Source of the DNA: Deltaproteobacteria bacterium CG11_big_fil_rev_8_21_14_0_20_47_16
GTDB lineage: Bacteria; UBA10199; GCA-002796325; 1-14-0-20-47-16
Reading direction: 5' to 3'
NCBI GenBank assembly: GCA_002796325.1
Contig: PCXA01000006.1
Span: 70,578-134,577 of the forward strand
Length of the DNA stretch: 64,000 nucleotides
Shown here: piece after piece, positions 1 to 8,726 of the stretch
Position numbering within the stretch: position 1 is the first letter of the stretch
How the letters are laid out: every line of letters begins with the position of its first letter
The notes under the pieces: generated by a model
Database searches by the model: none
What the model saw: only the letters and a program-made list of their open reading frames with translations
Told to the model about the DNA's origin: nothing
Position numbers and translations under genes: made by a program

Positions 1-663
1 AATTGTCATATGATGTGGGAACATTCCCAAGTTGGTTGCTCGATAATCATCAAATTGCACCTGATAAAGCACCTTTTTATGTAGGTCATTTTTATACCGA
101 ATCATTTCCTGAGGCAAATTGATACCAGGTGTCAATGACATCACGGCATCACCATCGGGACTGGTCGCCATGCCATCGGGATCCACAAACCACTCTTCAT
201 AGTCTTCACTAAACTGACGCGGTGGCAAGCCTTGCAATAACGCAAAGAATTCAGACAAAGTCCAAGGTAGCCTTGTTAGGCGTGCAATAGATTCATCCGT
301 AGAGTCAGTTTCATACACTCGCCCCTGTTGAGGCAACCACAACTCTAGAGCGTCCAGTTTTAAATTCAGACTGACCAAAATTTCACCCACAGGATCCATT
401 AAGTCTAATCGCATCAAATCAATTGGCTGCGCAAGAACAACACCATCAGAAGTTGTTTTTCCCGGCAAAAAAGGTGCAGCAATTTTAATTTGTGCCCGCA
501 TACTGCGACGCTGACGGGAATATTGATCAACGGTTTTCATGGCCACCTTTAATACACGCTCACTGGATACAGGCTCCCAGTCAACGTGATGTGACCCTGT
601 GGTCGCACATGCCGCCAAACACGTGACCAGAACAACAATCGCACTACTTCTTTTCAAGTGCAT
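1..663 (-). CDS. Lipoprotein, probably outer-membrane lipoprotein insertase LolB (5' complete; 3' end runs off the window)
   Basis: This minus-strand ORF is absent from the track because it has no stop inside the window. Its translation starts MHLKRSSAIVVLVTCLAACATTG, which is a lipoprotein signal with lipobox LAAC. Downstream there is a LolB-like motif, LPWTLSEFFALLQGLP, comparable to E. coli LolB PLNSLRQWILGLPGD. It lies directly downstream of a TPR lipoprotein gene, the same neighbourhood as Pseudomonas lolB. The start overlaps the TPR stop by 20 nt. Confidence 0.5.
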   Translation of the reverse strand, partial: MHLKRSSAIVVLVTCLAACATTGSHHVDWEPVSSERVLKVAMKTVDQYSRQRRSMRAQIKIAAPFLPGKTTSDGVVLAQPIDLMRLDLMDPVGEILVSLNLKLDALELWLPQQGRVYETDSTDESIARLTRLPWTLSEFFALLQGLPPRQFSEDYEEWFVDPDGMATSPDGDAVMSLTPGINLPQEMIRYKNDLHKKVLYQVQFDDYRATNLGMFPHHMTI

Positions 664-2278
664 CGAGCGCCTCCACCATGGCATTCACATTTGCATCATC
701 AGATGGCTTGCCTTGGGCAAGTAAAATTGCCTGACGGTACTGTTCAATTGCCTCTTGATTGCGTTCCATTGCCACATACAGCATAGCCAAGTGACGGTGC
801 ACAACGGCCTCGTTGGGAATACGGCGCACAGCCTGCTCCAAAAGTGTTTGTGCCTTGCCATATTCATTCTTTTTAAAATAGAGCCACCCCAAACTATCTA
901 AAATAAATCCATCGCCAGGCTGCAATTCGGCGGCATGCAATAATAAAACTTCGGCTTCGTCTAGATGCTTCCCTTCTTCTGTCCAGATGTAACCAATATA
1001 ATTCATGGCGCTTACATTGTTGGGTTCCAGTATCAGCACCTTTTGCATCAGCTTCACTGCTTTTGAGGTGTCCTTCATGCGGTCGGTCAGTACGGCGAGG
1101 GTATATAAAATCGAGGCATTATCAGGGAGCGCTTTAACACCCTTTTGTAAAGTAGAACGAGCCGCAGGTAGATTATCTACTTCCTCATAGATTATCGCCA
1201 GAAGTGGATAGAACTCATCCACCTTAGGGGCATGCAAAATTCCGGATTGCAAAACTGCAATAGCTGCATTCAATTGCGACTGGCGGTAAAAATGAAGAGC
1301 ACGTCGCAATACTGCATCCTTATAATAATTGGAGTCAGGGGTAATTTTCTGAAACTGGGCATCGGCCTTGTCAAACTCACCATTCTCTTCGTAAATAACA
1401 CCCAAATAGTAATGCACCTTTGAAGAATTGGGTGTACGCTGCAACACCGCCTCAAGAATCTCAGCTGCTTTGCTATATTGCTTTTCCTGATAGTACAATG
1501 CACTCAAGCGTAACTGCATAGTAATATCATCCACACCATTAGTAGAGGCCTCGTTCAGAATCTCAATCGCTTGCCGGATTTGGTTGTGGTCAACGTAGAG
1601 CTGTGCCATTGATGTATAGACCGACACATTTCGAGGGTCTTGTTCCAGTATCTTACGGTACATTTGAATAGCCAACTGAGGGCGATTGAGCGGTCCACCA
1701 TATGCCGCCCCCATATAATAGTAAGCCACCATGGCATCAGGATCGATATCCAATAACTTCTTCATGAGGGGGATGCTACGCGATGCCTTACCAGTATTCA
1801 TATAAGCCAACCCTAAAAGTGAGTAGGCCTCACGATCGTCTGGCGTTGTGCGAATGACATCTTCTAACAAGGGAACCATTTGCGCAAATTTACTCTGCAC
1901 CGACAACAACCGTGCCAATAACAGCTTGGCTTCGGTCAATTTAGGTGCCAACTCCAAGGCCTTCTTACAATCGTCTTCAGCAAGTTGTAATTGTTGGGCA
2001 GCTGCATACGACATGGCGCGATCATAATAAAGATATGCTGAATCGGGATTGTGCTGAATAGCCGCTGTTAGTTCTGGGATGGCTTTCTGTGGCTGCCCTT
2101 CGAGCGCCAAAATATCCCCTTTCATATAGGCATACAATGAATTGGACTGGGAAATATCTGAAGTAGAAAGCGTTTTAACGGGCATTCCAAAGATCGTGCG
2201 ACTGGGTGTCGTGGCATGCGAATGTGCACACCCTCCACAAAATACAATAGCAGCAATGACTCCCAAAAGTCGCTTCAT
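644..2278 (-). CDS. Secreted TPR-repeat protein
   Basis: The ORF is 579 aa, but the likely start is the internal MKRLLGVIAAIVFCGGCAHS signal peptide, whose ATG is at 2276-2278. The whole length is degenerate TPR repeats of the form AxxxY...G. Confidence 0.8.
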   Translation of the reverse strand: MKRLLGVIAAIVFCGGCAHSHATTPSRTIFGMPVKTLSTSDISQSNSLYAYMKGDILALEGQPQKAIPELTAAIQHNPDSAYLYYDRAMSYAAAQQLQLAEDDCKKALELAPKLTEAKLLLARLLSVQSKFAQMVPLLEDVIRTTPDDREAYSLLGLAYMNTGKASRSIPLMKKLLDIDPDAMVAYYYMGAAYGGPLNRPQLAIQMYRKILEQDPRNVSVYTSMAQLYVDHNQIRQAIEILNEASTNGVDDITMQLRLSALYYQEKQYSKAAEILEAVLQRTPNSSKVHYYLGVIYEENGEFDKADAQFQKITPDSNYYKDAVLRRALHFYRQSQLNAAIAVLQSGILHAPKVDEFYPLLAIIYEEVDNLPAARSTLQKGVKALPDNASILYTLAVLTDRMKDTSKAVKLMQKVLILEPNNVSAMNYIGYIWTEEGKHLDEAEVLLLHAAELQPGDGFILDSLGWLYFKKNEYGKAQTLLEQAVRRIPNEAVVHRHLAMLYVAMERNQEAIEQYRQAILLAQGKPSDDANVNAMVEALDALEKK

Positions 2279-2301
2279 ATGAGTGCGGTTTGTACAGAGT
2301 T

Positions 2302-3030
2302 CTACGAATGGAAGCAAGCGAAGTATTCCCGGTTTCCATCGGTGCCAGTGATGGGTGAATCGCACACACCAACAAGTGACCACCCTAAATCCGCGGCTAC
2401 AGATAAAACACCATCAATGGCCTGTTTCTGGGCATCATCATCTTTCACAATGCCCCCTTTGCCAATTTTATCAGGGCCCACTTCAAACTGAGGTTTGATT
2501 AGTGCTAACACGGTGGCATGCGGTGCAACCCAGCGTACAAGTTCTGGCAAAACACGTGCGAGTGAAATGAAAGAACAATCAATCACAATAAGCAATGGGG
2601 CATTGGGAAAATGGCTGGGCTGCAATTCTTTTACATGGGTTTTTTCCATCACCACCACACGAGGATCTTCGCGTAGTTTCCAGGCCAATTGATTGGTCCC
2701 CACATCCACGGCATAGACCTTGGCAGCTCCACGCTGAAGCAAACAATCCGTAAACCCACCGGTCGATGACCCAATGTCCGCACAAATGGTATCTTTGGGA
2801 TTAATCTTGAAGTGATCGAGTGCACCCGCCAGCTTTACACCACCGCGCCCGACATAAGGGTGGTCATGCCCTTTGACACGAATCACTGCATCTTCCGCAA
2901 CTTTATGGCCAGATTTTGTAACCGGAACATCATTGACCAACACCAAGCCCGCCATAATCATGGATTGCGCACGTTCACGTGATGGTGCGAGCCCCTTTTC
3001 AACCAACAACTGATCAATGCGCTGTTTCAT
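2302..3030 (-). CDS. tlyA: TlyA-family rRNA 2'-O-methyltransferase (haemolysin A-like)
   Basis: An N-terminal S4 domain (QRIDQLLVEKGLAPSRERAQ) is followed by an FtsJ-like methyltransferase domain (DIGSSTGGFTDCLLQRGAAKVYAVDVG). Length is 242 aa. Confidence 0.9.
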   Translation of the reverse strand: MKQRIDQLLVEKGLAPSRERAQSMIMAGLVLVNDVPVTKSGHKVAEDAVIRVKGHDHPYVGRGGVKLAGALDHFKINPKDTICADIGSSTGGFTDCLLQRGAAKVYAVDVGTNQLAWKLREDPRVVVMEKTHVKELQPSHFPNAPLLIVIDCSFISLARVLPELVRWVAPHATVLALIKPQFEVGPDKIGKGGIVKDDDAQKQAIDGVLSVAADLGWSLVGVCDSPITGTDGNREYFACFHS

Positions 3031-3659
3031 TGGCAGACATTTGTCATGGCCAGGCGGCCAGGTCCATCAAGTTCTGCTTTGGTGGGAGATAGTTGTTTTA
3101 GAAACATCTTGAGCACGCCATCCACAAGAGTATCGGTATAGCCGTCACCCCCATGACCATCATGTGACCGACAACCCGACACGTCTGATTCTGAAAAGTG
3201 ATGTTTGCAATAAAAGATCTCACTTACAGCAATTTTCAAATTATCCTTCAACACAATTGCCAGCGCCAAAGCCACTTGCGCCTTCAACTGATCATTGCGT
3301 TCCGGTACCCACGGTGATTCCCAAAAGTACCAATCCGACACGCTAGCGGTCATTGCCCCCAAACTTTGCGTTTCGGCATCGTAAGTGAAACTGACTTTTC
3401 CATGATTAAAAAGCGGATGTTTGGCGCTGCTATCAAAGGCAACTGTCAATCGGCACTGGCTGAGCGCACAATCAATCGTGAGTGTTGTGGTGTCACCCAC
3501 ATAATGATCTTTGCTATCAACAATGGCGACAAGGTTAGACCCATCCCCGACAGACTCATAATCAACCGCATTACTCGCCACTTCAAAATGCCCGTGGCGA
3601 TAAAAGTCTGCCGAGTTCGGCCTGGTTACGAGATTATATTGAGGTGCTATTTTGGACAT
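3027..3659 (-). CDS. Hypothetical beta-rich protein (about 210 aa) between the RLP gene and tlyA
   Basis: The ORF is in a coding-like frame. The internal start MSKIAPQ is preceded by an AAGGA ribosome-binding site. Its end overlaps the tlyA start by 4 nt (ATGA), suggesting translational coupling. I recognise no motif. Confidence 0.5.
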   Translation of the reverse strand: MSKIAPQYNLVTRPNSADFYRHGHFEVASNAVDYESVGDGSNLVAIVDSKDHYVGDTTTLTIDCALSQCRLTVAFDSSAKHPLFNHGKVSFTYDAETQSLGAMTASVSDWYFWESPWVPERNDQLKAQVALALAIVLKDNLKIAVSEIFYCKHHFSESDVSGCRSHDGHGGDGYTDTLVDGVLKMFLKQLSPTKAELDGPGRLAMTNVCQ

Positions 3660-3714
3660 ATATATCCTTTGACCATATATCGGATCATGTCCCAATTTGT
3701 TGCGTTAAAAAATG

Positions 3715-4896
3715 TTATATTGGAGCAACATTTTTCCACGCCTGATGCAGGCTGGTAGCCCCTGCACGGGGACCTTGTTCATGGCCAAACACCCCACGGC
3801 CTGAAATAAATCCAAAATCGGGGGACCCCACTTTTTGGGCAACCATCGGGAGCGTTTCAGCGGTGTCACTCCCCCCTGGAATGGGTAGCGCTTGGGCAAT
3901 ATTTCCCATCGGTTCCCAACAGGCCCGCACGTTTGCCATCACTTCTTCGTCGCTGCACTGCATGCGCGGGCCAAACCCCGCAATACCAATCCAGTCGCAA
4001 CCCGCCAGTCGCATGAGCTTGGTCCACACAACGGATGCCACCCCAAAATTGGACACGCGGCCGGAGACCGCAACACCGGCAAAATGACCCATCACTGGCA
4101 CTTCGCTGATGCGGCGCAATTGGCGTGCGGCAGATATGCCAGTGCAAATCGGATTGATCATCACGGCATTCGCACCATTTTCAACAGCGGTCTTATATAA
4201 GGATGGCAGGTCGTAAACTTCATCACTAATGCAGGCCAGGTAACATTTAGGTGTGCCCGTTTCCTTTTCAGCGCGCCGGCGCGCAAGACCCGCTGCACGC
4301 GCACGATCCGCCAATGGGGACCAGGTCATATCACCCAGCATTTCATCATCTTTTGCGATGTCCAAGCCGCCCACCCAACTTTCATAGGCGAGTTCGGCAA
4401 ACTGTTCAGGCGGCAGACCCAAATTGGGTTTCACCACACCAATAAAAAAGGGACGGCCTTCAATTTTGAAAATATCGCGCGAACCTTTGATGCCAAATTG
4501 CGGCCCTTCAAATTGTTTAAGATAAGCGTCAGGAAATTCAATATCCATGAGTTTGATAGCCTTGACCATCGGCGCATAGAACGCGCCTTCGCCGGCTACA
4601 GCTGCAATCAAGTTGGGGAGTTTCGCACCAAAATTTTCCCAAGGGTGAGCAATCGTGACGTCTACCACGCCGCTCTTTGCATTCAACGCCACCACCTTTG
4701 CAGCAAATTGAGGGCGCAAATCTTCGGTGGATCCTGGGCGATGCCACTGGGCGGTACTTTGTTCACTGCACAATGAAGCGGCAGCAAACTTAGGGTCGGC
4801 ATCAGTTTCAAAGCGATAGCGCAGCATCACATAGCGCGACAAATCCAGTGTTGTGCGATCTGCAAAAAATCCGGGGATGTCCTGAGTTTCAATCAT
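3715..4896 (-). CDS. RuBisCO large-subunit-like protein (form IV, RLP)
   Basis: The sequence carries RuBisCO large-chain signatures: VKPNLGL (compare IKPKLGL) and GGLDIAKDDE (compare GGLDFTKDDE, with the carbamylated Lys, Asp and Glu present). LAGCDWIGIAG matches LSGGDHIHSGT. The C-terminal region reads PIPGGSD...GRGVFGHEQG. At 393 aa it is short for a true RuBisCO. The second Lys of the KPK motif is replaced by Asn, and no His is visible where RuBisCO His294 would sit, which is typical of RLPs. The start overlaps the ispA stop by 4 nt. Confidence 0.8.
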   Translation of the reverse strand: MIETQDIPGFFADRTTLDLSRYVMLRYRFETDADPKFAAASLCSEQSTAQWHRPGSTEDLRPQFAAKVVALNAKSGVVDVTIAHPWENFGAKLPNLIAAVAGEGAFYAPMVKAIKLMDIEFPDAYLKQFEGPQFGIKGSRDIFKIEGRPFFIGVVKPNLGLPPEQFAELAYESWVGGLDIAKDDEMLGDMTWSPLADRARAAGLARRRAEKETGTPKCYLACISDEVYDLPSLYKTAVENGANAVMINPICTGISAARQLRRISEVPVMGHFAGVAVSGRVSNFGVASVVWTKLMRLAGCDWIGIAGFGPRMQCSDEEVMANVRACWEPMGNIAQALPIPGGSDTAETLPMVAQKVGSPDFGFISGRGVFGHEQGPRAGATSLHQAWKNVAPI

Positions 4897-5789
4897 GATT
4901 TACGTTCCACAATATAATGTGCCAGTTCTGCTAAAATTGAGTGGCGAGGCTGAAACATCGCCAACGATTCAATCGCTTGCGCCATCAAGGCCTGCGCTTG
5001 GGCACGGGATTCTTCTTTCCCCAACAACGCCGGAAATGTGGATTTATGATTTTCCACATCGCTGCCCGCTGGCTTGCCCAATTCTTCGGTTGTTCCTTCA
5101 ATGTCGAGCAAGTCATCGGCAATTTGGAACGCCAACCCCACACTGTCCCCATAGGTTTCCATGGCACCAATTTGCGCGGCAGTTGCACCTGCGAGCTTGG
5201 CCCCACTCACCACCGAATTGACCAACAGCGCACCCGTCTTTAACTCATGCAAGTGTTCGAGTTCATTCACCGTAATTTTTTTATTTTCAGATTCCAAATC
5301 AATCACCTGACCACCCACCATGCCCCGCGCACCTGTTGCAACAGCCATATCGCACAACACTTCAAGACGCCGCTCCACTGGAACAGCATTATGATGCGCG
5401 GCCATAATGCGAAACGCCTCTGCCAACAATCCGTCCCCTGCCAAAACCGCAATCGCTTCACCAAACACTTTGTGATTGGTGGGTTTGCCACGACGCAGAT
5501 CATCGTCATCCATGCATGGCAAATCGTCATGAATCAGTGAAAACGTGTGAATCATTTCCATGGCGCACGCAAATGGCAACACGGATTTTGTCAGTTCTTC
5601 AGATGGCCCTGCTACCGCTTCGGCCGCTGCAAACATGAGCACCGGGCGAATACGCTTGCCACCCGCATCTAGACTATATTTCATGGCTTTGACAATTGTG
5701 GGCGGATAAACTGCGCTTTCGTTCAAGTAAGCATCCAGTGCGGCATCGACAATTTGTTTTTTCTCTGCGAGATAATTTTTAAGTGACAT
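4893..5789 (-). CDS. ispA: Farnesyl-diphosphate synthase / geranyltranstransferase
   Basis: The FARM motif is LIHDDLPCMDDDDLRRGKPT and the SARM motif is FQIADDLLD. Length is 298 aa. Confidence 0.9.
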   Translation of the reverse strand: MSLKNYLAEKKQIVDAALDAYLNESAVYPPTIVKAMKYSLDAGGKRIRPVLMFAAAEAVAGPSEELTKSVLPFACAMEMIHTFSLIHDDLPCMDDDDLRRGKPTNHKVFGEAIAVLAGDGLLAEAFRIMAAHHNAVPVERRLEVLCDMAVATGARGMVGGQVIDLESENKKITVNELEHLHELKTGALLVNSVVSGAKLAGATAAQIGAMETYGDSVGLAFQIADDLLDIEGTTEELGKPAGSDVENHKSTFPALLGKEESRAQAQALMAQAIESLAMFQPRHSILAELAHYIVERKS

Positions 5790-5792
5790 GAT

Positions 5793-6038
5793 TTACTCTT
5801 CGACGTTGAAAGGTTCACGGCTCAGCTGTCCATCTTCCTTTTGAATCAATTTTTCAATTTTACCTTGAGCAGCTGTCAGTGCGGATTCACATTTTCGCGC
5901 CCACGCAACACCCTCTTCGTACATTTTGAGAGAATCATCTAATGTAAGCGTGCCTGATTCCAATTTTTTGACAGCGCCTTCTAATTGCTCGAGCGATTTT
6001 TCAAATGAAACGGTTTCTTCTGTTTTTTTGGCCGACAT
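5793..6038 (-). CDS. xseB: Exodeoxyribonuclease VII small subunit
   Basis: This is an 81-aa protein with the FEKSLEQLEGAVKKLESG...LDDSLKMYEEG pattern characteristic of XseB. Confidence 0.9.
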   Translation of the reverse strand: MSAKKTEETVSFEKSLEQLEGAVKKLESGTLTLDDSLKMYEEGVAWARKCESALTAAQGKIEKLIQKEDGQLSREPFNVEE

Positions 6039-6045
6039 AATGACT

Positions 6046-6083
6046 ACCCCCTCACCCTAACCCTCTCCCACTGGGAGAGGGGA
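6046..6083. repeat. Palindromic GC-rich repeat element, copy 1 (CCCCCTCACCC-N3-CCCTCTCCC-N4-GGGAGAGGG), intergenic between xseA and xseB
   Basis: A 9-bp stem CCCTCTCCC/GGGAGAGGG with a 4-nt loop, with a CCCCCTCACCC block beside it. The same architecture recurs at 26331-26365 and 26742-26778. Confidence 0.7.
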
Positions 6084-6084
6084 A

Positions 6085-7353
6085 TTAAATCACCTTTGTT
6101 TCAACATGCCCTTTTTCCAAGCGCACATCCAAGACATCGCCGGGCTTTAACTGCGCTGCATCGCGTACCGTGGCGCCATCTTTTTGAACAACGGCATAGC
6201 CTTTGGCCAACACCGCGAGCGGTGACAAATGTTGCAACTGCCCCGCCCACTGGGCGACTGCCTGACGGCGATCCCCTATGCCACGCCGCATGGCCATCTG
6301 CAAGCGCTCCCTTAAACTATCCACCCACTGCAATCCATCGGTAATCCGCTGCGTGGGAAACCGCAACCGCTGGCGCAAATGGTGCAGGCGTTCAGATGCA
6401 CGCGTAATCGCACCGCGCAACCCTTGATCCAATCGGCGCTGGATATTCCCAATCCCCTGCAAGAGTTCTGCACGCACCGGTACCGCAATTTCGGCCGCTG
6501 CTGACGGCGTGGGCGCACGAACATCCGCCACAAAATCCGCAATCGTAAAATCAATTTCGTGTCCCACGGCGCTAATAATTGGTGTTGTCGCTGCAAAAAT
6601 AGCACGTGCAACCACTTCTTCATTAAATGCCCATAAGTCTTCAATCGACCCGCCACCACGCCCCACAATCATGACATCCACATCACCGCGCGCATCTAGC
6701 AATTCAATCGCCCGCGCAATTTCAGCAGCAGAACCATCCCCTTGTACTTTTGCAGGCACCAGACAAATATCCACCGAGGGGAAACGACGCCGTAGCACCG
6801 TGCAAATATCGCGCACCGCAGCCCCCGTGGGCGACGTTACCACACCCACACGCCGTGGCATGTATGGAATTGGTTTCTTTTTGGATTTGTCAAAGAGTCC
6901 TTCGTCAGCAAGCTTCTTCTTAAGCTGTTCGAACGCGAGTTGTAACGCCCCAACCCCTTTGGGTTCACAGTAATCGATGATGATTTGATAACTGCCACGC
7001 GGCGGATAGACCGACAACTTGCCGTGGCAAATGAGTTCCATGCCCTGTTCGACTTTAAACTTCACAGCGCTATTCACACCACGGAACATGACTGCACTGA
7101 GTTGACTGTTGGCGTCCTTCAGAGAAAAATACCAATGCCCCGACGATGCCGGCCGCCAATTGGACACCTCGCCACAGACCCAGACGTCATCGAACGTGCC
7201 TTCCAGAATATTGCGAATCCCTGTGGTAATTTCGGTGACAGATAGAACACGCGGCCCTGCAGGCTTGGGGTCCTCAACCACTTCCGAATGCGCACTATCC
7301 TCTTCGGGCAGCGGCGTTTCGTTCATTAAATCAAACAGGTCCTGTTGACTCAT
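6085..7353 (-). CDS. xseA: Exodeoxyribonuclease VII large subunit
   Basis: An N-terminal OB-fold is followed by the catalytic domain, 422 aa in all. It sits immediately upstream of xseB. Confidence 0.9.
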   Translation of the reverse strand: MSQQDLFDLMNETPLPEEDSAHSEVVEDPKPAGPRVLSVTEITTGIRNILEGTFDDVWVCGEVSNWRPASSGHWYFSLKDANSQLSAVMFRGVNSAVKFKVEQGMELICHGKLSVYPPRGSYQIIIDYCEPKGVGALQLAFEQLKKKLADEGLFDKSKKKPIPYMPRRVGVVTSPTGAAVRDICTVLRRRFPSVDICLVPAKVQGDGSAAEIARAIELLDARGDVDVMIVGRGGGSIEDLWAFNEEVVARAIFAATTPIISAVGHEIDFTIADFVADVRAPTPSAAAEIAVPVRAELLQGIGNIQRRLDQGLRGAITRASERLHHLRQRLRFPTQRITDGLQWVDSLRERLQMAMRRGIGDRRQAVAQWAGQLQHLSPLAVLAKGYAVVQKDGATVRDAAQLKPGDVLDVRLEKGHVETKVI

Positions 7354-7394
7354 ATCGTTCTGTGAATAGTCTGAGGAGTATCGGGAGACAATCT

Positions 7395-8726
7395 TTATTT
7401 AGAGCGCGGTGCTTCGAGAACGGCACGGAGTTGCTTCATATCGGAACCCGCGACCTTGAGGCGCTTCACGTCGACTTCAACGTGACGACGGTTCATGCGG
7501 ACACCATAGCGTGCAAAGATGTCTGCCACTTCTTCGTACCGCTCACCCACCGAATTGCGCACCGATTCAAACCCCAAGCGCGCCGCCTTCAGACGATTAC
7601 TGAAGATCAGTGGATTCAAGTCGAAGAATGCCATGTCGGATGAGCTGGGTTCAATCAAGATGATATCGCCGTGAAAATGCGGATCATACGCATACTGCTC
7701 AATCATATGATGTAGACGGCTATGGAAAACCGTTCGGAAGATCTGACTTAAGATGGTAATGACACCGTTATCTGCCAAGCGGCGCCCCTCACTTACAAAC
7801 TCATTTTTCTCACGCAAAAATTGCAGCATGACTTTATTGTCCACAGGTCTAAATGGATTGTAGCAAACAATCAATTCTGCACCGTGGGACACCGCCACAT
7901 CAAAGTGCGCGGTTTCCAACACATTCCCATCCACATAATCCACGCCGTGAATACGTGCAGGCTTATAAAACCCGGGCATGGCGGTCGATGCCTGTACTGC
8001 TTCTGAAATACTCACATCACTTTTTTCATCGGGGCCAAAAATAACACGATCGGCACCATCCAATGTCATTGCACAAATGTAGAGCTTCTTCCCTGTCATC
8101 TCTTCCATTTTTTTAAAATTGTTCGACAGATGATTGCGTTCAATATTGTGACGCAAATACCGTTCAATACCTGAGTTGTCGAAGAACCCTGATGGCAACA
8201 AACTCAGCAAGCTCGGCATGGGTCGCGTCGCAATGGCACGCGTAACCGTGCGCATCATGGCATCCAAGTGCTCCGCATTGGGTTGCAGCGCCAAACGCCA
8301 GACCTCTGCCGCCAATTGAGGACCAAATTCGCCAAAACCAGACAAAACATCTTTAATCGCACGCGGCACAAACATGGCCTGTTCCACCAAAAAATTGATG
8401 GGACGCAGAATCATTTCTTTCCAGTTGGGCTGATAATAATGCCACGGAGCAAGCTGAGAATAATGTTTGGAACGACCATCCAAACTTTTAAGAACTTCAG
8501 AGGGCGTAATGCCGGCCGCAATGGGCGCCGCAATAAAACTGCCCGAACTAATCCCAACATAAATATCGAACTTGTTCACATTGAAATTGGAAAAATAATC
8601 ATCCAATGCGCGCAAACCACCCGCCTTAAACGCAGCGCCAGTGACTGCGCCACCTGCCAAAATCAGTGCTTTTTTGGCATCACGTGGATTTTTGCGTTTA
8701 TTTTTGCGAACAATCGTCAGTCCCAT
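7395..8726 (-). CDS. Patatin-like phospholipase family protein
   Basis: There is a glycine-rich oxyanion motif (LILAGGAVTGAAFKAGGLRAL), a GxSxG nucleophile (GISSGS) and a DG(N) motif (DYVDGN). A C-terminal extension of about 150 aa follows. Confidence 0.8.
   Translation of the reverse strand: MGLTIVRKNKRKNPRDAKKALILAGGAVTGAAFKAGGLRALDDYFSNFNVNKFDIYVGISSGSFIAAPIAAGITPSEVLKSLDGRSKHYSQLAPWHYYQPNWKEMILRPINFLVEQAMFVPRAIKDVLSGFGEFGPQLAAEVWRLALQPNAEHLDAMMRTVTRAIATRPMPSLLSLLPSGFFDNSGIERYLRHNIERNHLSNNFKKMEEMTGKKLYICAMTLDGADRVIFGPDEKSDVSISEAVQASTAMPGFYKPARIHGVDYVDGNVLETAHFDVAVSHGAELIVCYNPFRPVDNKVMLQFLREKNEFVSEGRRLADNGVITILSQIFRTVFHSRLHHMIEQYAYDPHFHGDIILIEPSSSDMAFFDLNPLIFSNRLKAARLGFESVRNSVGERYEEVADIFARYGVRMNRRHVEVDVKRLKVAGSDMKQLRAVLEAPRSK

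Noticed and set aside
2216-2491. A 91-aa plus-strand ORF spanning the TPR start and tlyA end
   Set aside because: It overlaps two confident minus-strand genes and the short intergenic gap, and is probably spurious.
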